DNA from: an uncultured virus (IMG/VR IMGVR_UViG_3300014666_000034)
Lineage: Duplodnaviria; Heunggongvirae; Uroviricota; Caudoviricetes
DNA: 64,000 nucleotides
IMG/VR virus record: IMGVR_UViG_3300014666_000034
Span: 1 to 64,000 of that record
Reading direction: 5' to 3' (one strand)
The translations under genes and the position numbers were made by a program. Of this stretch, positions 59,985-64,000 are shown in pieces; within the stretch, counting starts at the first letter, position 1; every line of letters starts with the position of its first letter. The notes beneath the pieces were generated by a model. The model saw nothing but the letters and a program-made list of their open reading frames with translations, made no database searches and was not told the origin of the DNA.

Positions 59985-60704
59985 ATGAAGCTAGAAGTAA
60001 AAGAAATACAGTTTTATAATGATACTTTACTAGGCATCAGAGACAAGAGTGGTCAAGTTTGGCTGGCTGTCAGGAAAACATGCCGTGACATTGGTCTAAC
60101 AGACGCACAAGCCAGACGTCAAGTAATGAATGTACAAGAGGATCTAGTGTTGAGTGAAGGGGTCACAAATATGAGACACCTTACAAACGGAGGAGAACAG
60201 GAATTACTTGTGATCAAAGAAGATCTCGTTACATTGTGGCTTGCAAAGTTACCATTAACACCAACAATGCAGCGAGAAAATCCAGTAGTTGTGGAAAAAC
60301 TTATTCGCTATCAGCTTGAGGCGCAGAAAGTTCTTCATGACTATTTCATGGGAACAGAAGAGAAGAAAGCGGAATTCTTTGATTCCATGGGTATACAGGG
60401 GGAAATACTTGACCTAAAGCAAGAGGTTATGGATCTCAAAGACAATGTTAAAACTTTGATTGATAATTCAACCATCAATAAAGCACAGCAAAACGCTTTG
60501 TACAATCTTGCAAAGGAAAGAATTTGCCTACTACTTGGCGAAAAAGGCACAAAGGAATACAAAAGATATAACAAACTGTATTTCCAGAACTTGTGGGGCG
60601 ATGTCAAAAGAAAGTTTGATTGCTCTGGAAGCTATCATGATTTAAACCCAAAGGATTTTAAAGCTGTGAAAGAATTTATTCCATCTTGGGAATTCACGGG
60701 CTGA
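59985..60704 (+). CDS. Phage antirepressor (P22 AR N-terminal-like + ORF6C)
   Basis: IQFYNDTLLG...VWLAVRKTCRDIGL; LWGDVKRKF..SYHDLNPKDF. Confidence 0.85.
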   Translation: MKLEVKEIQFYNDTLLGIRDKSGQVWLAVRKTCRDIGLTDAQARRQVMNVQEDLVLSEGVTNMRHLTNGGEQELLVIKEDLVTLWLAKLPLTPTMQRENPVVVEKLIRYQLEAQKVLHDYFMGTEEKKAEFFDSMGIQGEILDLKQEVMDLKDNVKTLIDNSTINKAQQNALYNLAKERICLLLGEKGTKEYKRYNKLYFQNLWGDVKRKFDCSGSYHDLNPKDFKAVKEFIPSWEFTG

Positions 60705-60770
60705 TTATAGGGCTTGTAACCGTCAAAAGTTATAAGTCCATTTTTATTAAATAGGAAAGAAGGTCATAAA

Positions 60771-60944
60771 ATGAAAATTAAATACATGGTTATTATGGCA
60801 GCGCTTGTAATAAGTGCTTTTTTCGTCGGTAAGTATACTAATACAGATACCATCAACATGAATCATGTCATTGATATCCAGGCTACCGAATACGGAACAC
60901 AGCTCACCTTATTAGACGGCAACGGCTACTACTGGGAGCGATAA
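60771..60944 (+). CDS. Small membrane-anchored protein (57 aa)
   Basis: MKIKYMVIMAALVISAFFVG...DGNGYYWER. Confidence 0.55.
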   Translation: MKIKYMVIMAALVISAFFVGKYTNTDTINMNHVIDIQATEYGTQLTLLDGNGYYWER

Positions 60945-60977
60945 TAAGAAATATTCATTCCAAAGGGAGATAATAGC

Positions 60978-61436
60978 ATGAACAAATATAATACATTAAA
61001 CTGTCAGCCGAGCATGGCAAAAATGAAAAAATCATTTCCAGATATGATGGAAAATAAAAAGGAGTTCACCAACAACAAAAAGTATCTATATGATTTTTCA
61101 TTGCTTGATGGCAAATTGCCAGCTGATATTATTAAATCGATTTACGACCAGGCCATGAGCCAAACTGGTATCATAGATTGTTTTGCTATATGTGATGCCG
61201 TGTCAAGTGCGGAAGGTAAGAAATATTTTGTATATCTGGACTTTATCCCATACAAGGTTATAAACAGTAATACAGGCAAAACAAGCTATTGTGTCATGGA
61301 GTTATCAGCCTTACGGATATCCGTTCACAATCTGAATGTGTACAGCTATGCAGAGAACATACAGGCTGATTATATAGAAGCCGGTCACTGGAGGGAAGGC
61401 ACTTTGACATATATAAATGATATAGAAGTAGCTTAG
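60978..61436 (+). CDS. Hypothetical protein
   Basis: 152 aa, GGGAG RBS. Confidence 0.65.
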   Translation: MNKYNTLNCQPSMAKMKKSFPDMMENKKEFTNNKKYLYDFSLLDGKLPADIIKSIYDQAMSQTGIIDCFAICDAVSSAEGKKYFVYLDFIPYKVINSNTGKTSYCVMELSALRISVHNLNVYSYAENIQADYIEAGHWREGTLTYINDIEVA

Positions 61437-61666
61437 AATATCCATTTTATAGGGAGGTAAAAGCATGAAACCTGTTGATTATTTGATAACTGATTTACAG
61501 AGAATGAAGGATAAAAGAGAAAATATCTGTAGGGAACTTGGAAATGGATACGATTGGATACTAGTTGAAAGTTTATAGCCATTGAAAATAAAATTAAACA
61601 GACATCCGAGAGAATCGACAAAATGCAAAACCTATAAAACGATTATTTGATTGGAGGATTTTAAAC

Positions 61667-61801
61667 ATGAAGGAAAAGTTAAAAAGGCAAGTAGAAGAAA
61701 TGATTCTTTACTGGAAAGGTATGGAACAAGAAACAGGAAGAAGCCACAAAAAGGATATTGATCATTGTGAAGAATTCTTAAAAGAGCTTGAAAGTAGATA
61801 A
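61667..61801 (+). CDS. Small hypothetical protein (44 aa)
   Basis: GGAGG RBS; MKEKLKRQVEEMILYW. Confidence 0.55.
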   Translation: MKEKLKRQVEEMILYWKGMEQETGRSHKKDIDHCEEFLKELESR

Positions 61802-61836
61802 AAACCGAATTTTATAGAAAGCAGGAGGAAATAGCA

Positions 61837-62028
61837 ATGGGAAGAATGTCGATGGTTTACGATGGAAAGATTGCTGATGATCTGACGAAAGATGAATTGG
61901 TAATGGCTATTTTGAAAGAATATAAAGTTGCCTTTGATGAAGGCCATATAAAGGCAATGAATGAAGCATTTAGGTGCGGATTCCTCAGGGGTGAAGAGTA
62001 CGGAATCAATATAAGCAAAGCAGAATAG
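61837..62028 (+). CDS. Hypothetical protein
   Basis: 63 aa, AGGAGG RBS. Confidence 0.6.
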   Translation: MGRMSMVYDGKIADDLTKDELVMAILKEYKVAFDEGHIKAMNEAFRCGFLRGEEYGINISKAE

Positions 62029-62137
62029 ATAATTAGCAGAGTGGAGCAGCCTATAAGGGCTGCTTTAATGCACTTGACACAAGTCAAGCGGTCACAAGTC
62101 CGCAAGCATTAATACATATAAAATGGAGGAATAGAAA

Positions 62138-63304
62138 ATGTTGAAATTTGAAGTATATGGAAAAGAATTAAAGGAAGTAATTGAGAAGGCCTTAACAGTA
62201 GTACCTAAAAAATCAAGTGTTTCATTTTTGGAACGTATGTTGATAGAGACTACGGACAACGGAATAAAAATCATCGTAACTGATATGGATCAGTGGCTAG
62301 AGATAACAGCAGATGCCATAGTAATAGAACGTGGCAAAATACTACTTGATAGTAATGATATGAAGCTGCTTCTTAAAATGACCGATCATATTACTGTCAC
62401 AGAAATGGAAGGAGGAAAGATCGATATTAAGACAAGCAAGAAAAATCTTTCCATGAATAATTATAATGTGACTGATTACCCAGAAATCCCACAGGTCATA
62501 AACGATACAGAAGCCATACAACTAGAAGAAAGCTATTTATTAGACGCTATATTGAATTTATATTCATTTGCCAGTCCATCAGACAGTAACAGACTGTTTC
62601 AAATATATAATTTCAATCTAAAAGATAAACGTGTAGAAGCTTTAGACGGGCATAGAATTGGAATGAAATCACTTGAAAGCCAGACGGTTCTAAACGAATC
62701 TAGCGAATTGCATTTACACGTTATGGCTTGCACTGTATTTAAGAAATTATTAGATAAGAAGTCAAAGAACCAGATAACTATGTGTGACAGTGAAAAGTAC
62801 ACTATAGTAAAAGGTGTTAATTTCAAATATATGCAACGTAAAGTAGAAGGTAAGTATTTCGATATAAGCAAAATGTTATTATCAAATTACGATCATAGAA
62901 TGGTTCTTGATTGTAAGGAACTTTTGGAGGTATCAAAGTATAATTGTGAACTTTTAAAAGCTGGAGTATCAGATAAAATGCCCATGTATTTCTACTCAAC
63001 TGGCAATGATATTGTAACATACTTTAATAATGGGAAAATTGAAAGCGTGGATAGATTGACTACAAAAAATACAGAAGTAAAAAAAGATTTTACCATTGCA
63101 TTTAATCCCGTCTTTATTAAGGAAACAATAAGTATTATTGATAGTGAAACAGCGTTGTGTACTATGACTAATGCAAAGGCCCCAATAATGATTTACGGGA
63201 AAGAATATTCTTTCCTGATTCTACCCATAAATATGAAACCAGAAACAGTTGATAACATGAGATCCTATCTATTAAAGATAGGAATAATTGATCAAGCAGC
63301 GTAA
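62138..63304 (+). CDS. dnaN: DNA polymerase III beta sliding clamp-like protein
   Basis: VVPKKS...TDMD...DYPEIP...ALDGHRI...VEGKYFD...IAFNPVFI...LILPI. Confidence 0.85.
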   Translation: MLKFEVYGKELKEVIEKALTVVPKKSSVSFLERMLIETTDNGIKIIVTDMDQWLEITADAIVIERGKILLDSNDMKLLLKMTDHITVTEMEGGKIDIKTSKKNLSMNNYNVTDYPEIPQVINDTEAIQLEESYLLDAILNLYSFASPSDSNRLFQIYNFNLKDKRVEALDGHRIGMKSLESQTVLNESSELHLHVMACTVFKKLLDKKSKNQITMCDSEKYTIVKGVNFKYMQRKVEGKYFDISKMLLSNYDHRMVLDCKELLEVSKYNCELLKAGVSDKMPMYFYSTGNDIVTYFNNGKIESVDRLTTKNTEVKKDFTIAFNPVFIKETISIIDSETALCTMTNAKAPIMIYGKEYSFLILPINMKPETVDNMRSYLLKIGIIDQAA

Positions 63305-63386
63305 TGATAAGGCTTACACTTTTCAACAGGTGTAAGCCTAATTCTATAATACAAATAAAATTCTTATTTCAAAAGGAGGAAATAAT

Positions 63387-63653
63387 ATGAGCGAATATAA
63401 ATGTATTAGGGTAATAAATAAAGAATTATCAAAAGAAGACTTTAAAAAGGCATACAATTTTTTGTGTAAATTAGAAACTGGTATCATATCAGAAGACGGA
63501 TGTTCTATCTTATTTAGTGGAAAATCAGAAAAGAAACAAAGATTTTCAGTTGATTCAGGTTGTTACACTACGGAATTAAGGGCTTTTACACAGGCCGTAA
63601 AGTGGTATCTGGGAAAATATGAATATGGTGTAGAAGTTCATATTTGTGAATAA
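63387..63653 (+). CDS. Hypothetical protein
   Basis: 88 aa, AGGAGG RBS. Confidence 0.65.
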   Translation: MSEYKCIRVINKELSKEDFKKAYNFLCKLETGIISEDGCSILFSGKSEKKQRFSVDSGCYTTELRAFTQAVKWYLGKYEYGVEVHICE

Positions 63654-63667
63654 AACTATTCTTTCAA

Positions 63668-63886
63668 GTGGAAAATATGGAGGTAAAAACAATGAAGTTA
63701 AAAGACGCAAAGTTAGCATACGCAAATAATAAAATGGTGCAACACAAAGAGGAAGGCAGAATTTGTAATTATATTAGCTGTTTTGATGATGATGAGACGG
63801 GAGTATATTTAAAGCATACACATACTTTTATACCGTTGGAAAAACTTCAGCTATACAATGTACATGATTATTATAAATCATGTTAG
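63668..63886 (+). CDS. Hypothetical protein
   Basis: Probable start MKLKDAK after GGAGG. Confidence 0.6.
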   Translation: MENMEVKTMKLKDAKLAYANNKMVQHKEEGRICNYISCFDDDETGVYLKHTHTFIPLEKLQLYNVHDYYKSC

Positions 63887-64000
63887 AAAATAGTATATTT
63901 TATTTCCAGTCAGAAGCCATTAGAGAATATAACTCTAGTGGCTTTTATAGCGGGAATAACACGAAGAATAAATCGTATGGAGGATTATATCATGAAAAAA

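Larger units (their letters stand above)
1..64000. mobile_element. Segment of a large SPbeta-like temperate siphophage / phage-plasmid (extends beyond both window edges)
   Basis: Terminase-portal-protease-capsid-tail-TMP-Dit-Tal-fibre operon, YonO-like RNAP, HU, ParM and tRNAs; no host housekeeping context seen. Confidence 0.92.

Noticed and set aside
61465..61637. Intact gene or stop-codon recoding
   Set aside because: ORF stops after 37 aa and continues only in another frame; other genes use standard stops, so decay is more likely.
1930..63020. Many short antisense ORFs overlapping long genes (e.g. 1930-2331, 15418-15777, 16056-16751, 29659-30042, 54547-54942)
   Set aside because: Shadow frames of real genes, without RBS or recognisable motifs.

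Overview
This 64 kb AT-rich window is a contiguous part of a large SPbeta-like temperate siphophage or phage-plasmid of a Firmicute. The cell-wall-binding repeats suggest a Lachnospiraceae/clostridial host (inference). The minus strand (about 57.9 kb down to 1) encodes an RHH repressor, a ParM/ParR-like partition pair, a VirB4/TraG-like ATPase module, an SF2 helicase-like protein, a YonO-like single-subunit RNA polymerase (DTDGD motif), a phosphoesterase, HU, a free-standing endonuclease, a tyrosine recombinase, three tRNAs (two Ile-UAU, one Ser-UGA), an endolysin and the packaging/head/tail operon. The plus strand from about 58 kb holds early genes (antirepressor, beta-clamp, small ORFs). Main result: the tape-measure gene is split by a 4,416-nt group I intron (17494->13079, minus strand). 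It has a recognisable P3-P8 core and a guide sequence that pairs with both exon ends, predicting an in-frame 2,131-aa protein. A long-range helix loops out about 3.9 kb of accessory cargo: a lipoprotein, a Zn-finger protein, a YbjQ protein, and a NYN RNase next to a tandem-repeat small RNA. No homing endonuclease is visible inside the intron. Other observations: a pseudoknotted 5' leader motif found twice, a strand-specific 11-mer, a 17-bp motif at gene junctions, several apparent ATA/ATC starts, and a divergent promoter/operator switch. All calls were made by eye; no database searches or folding programs were run.
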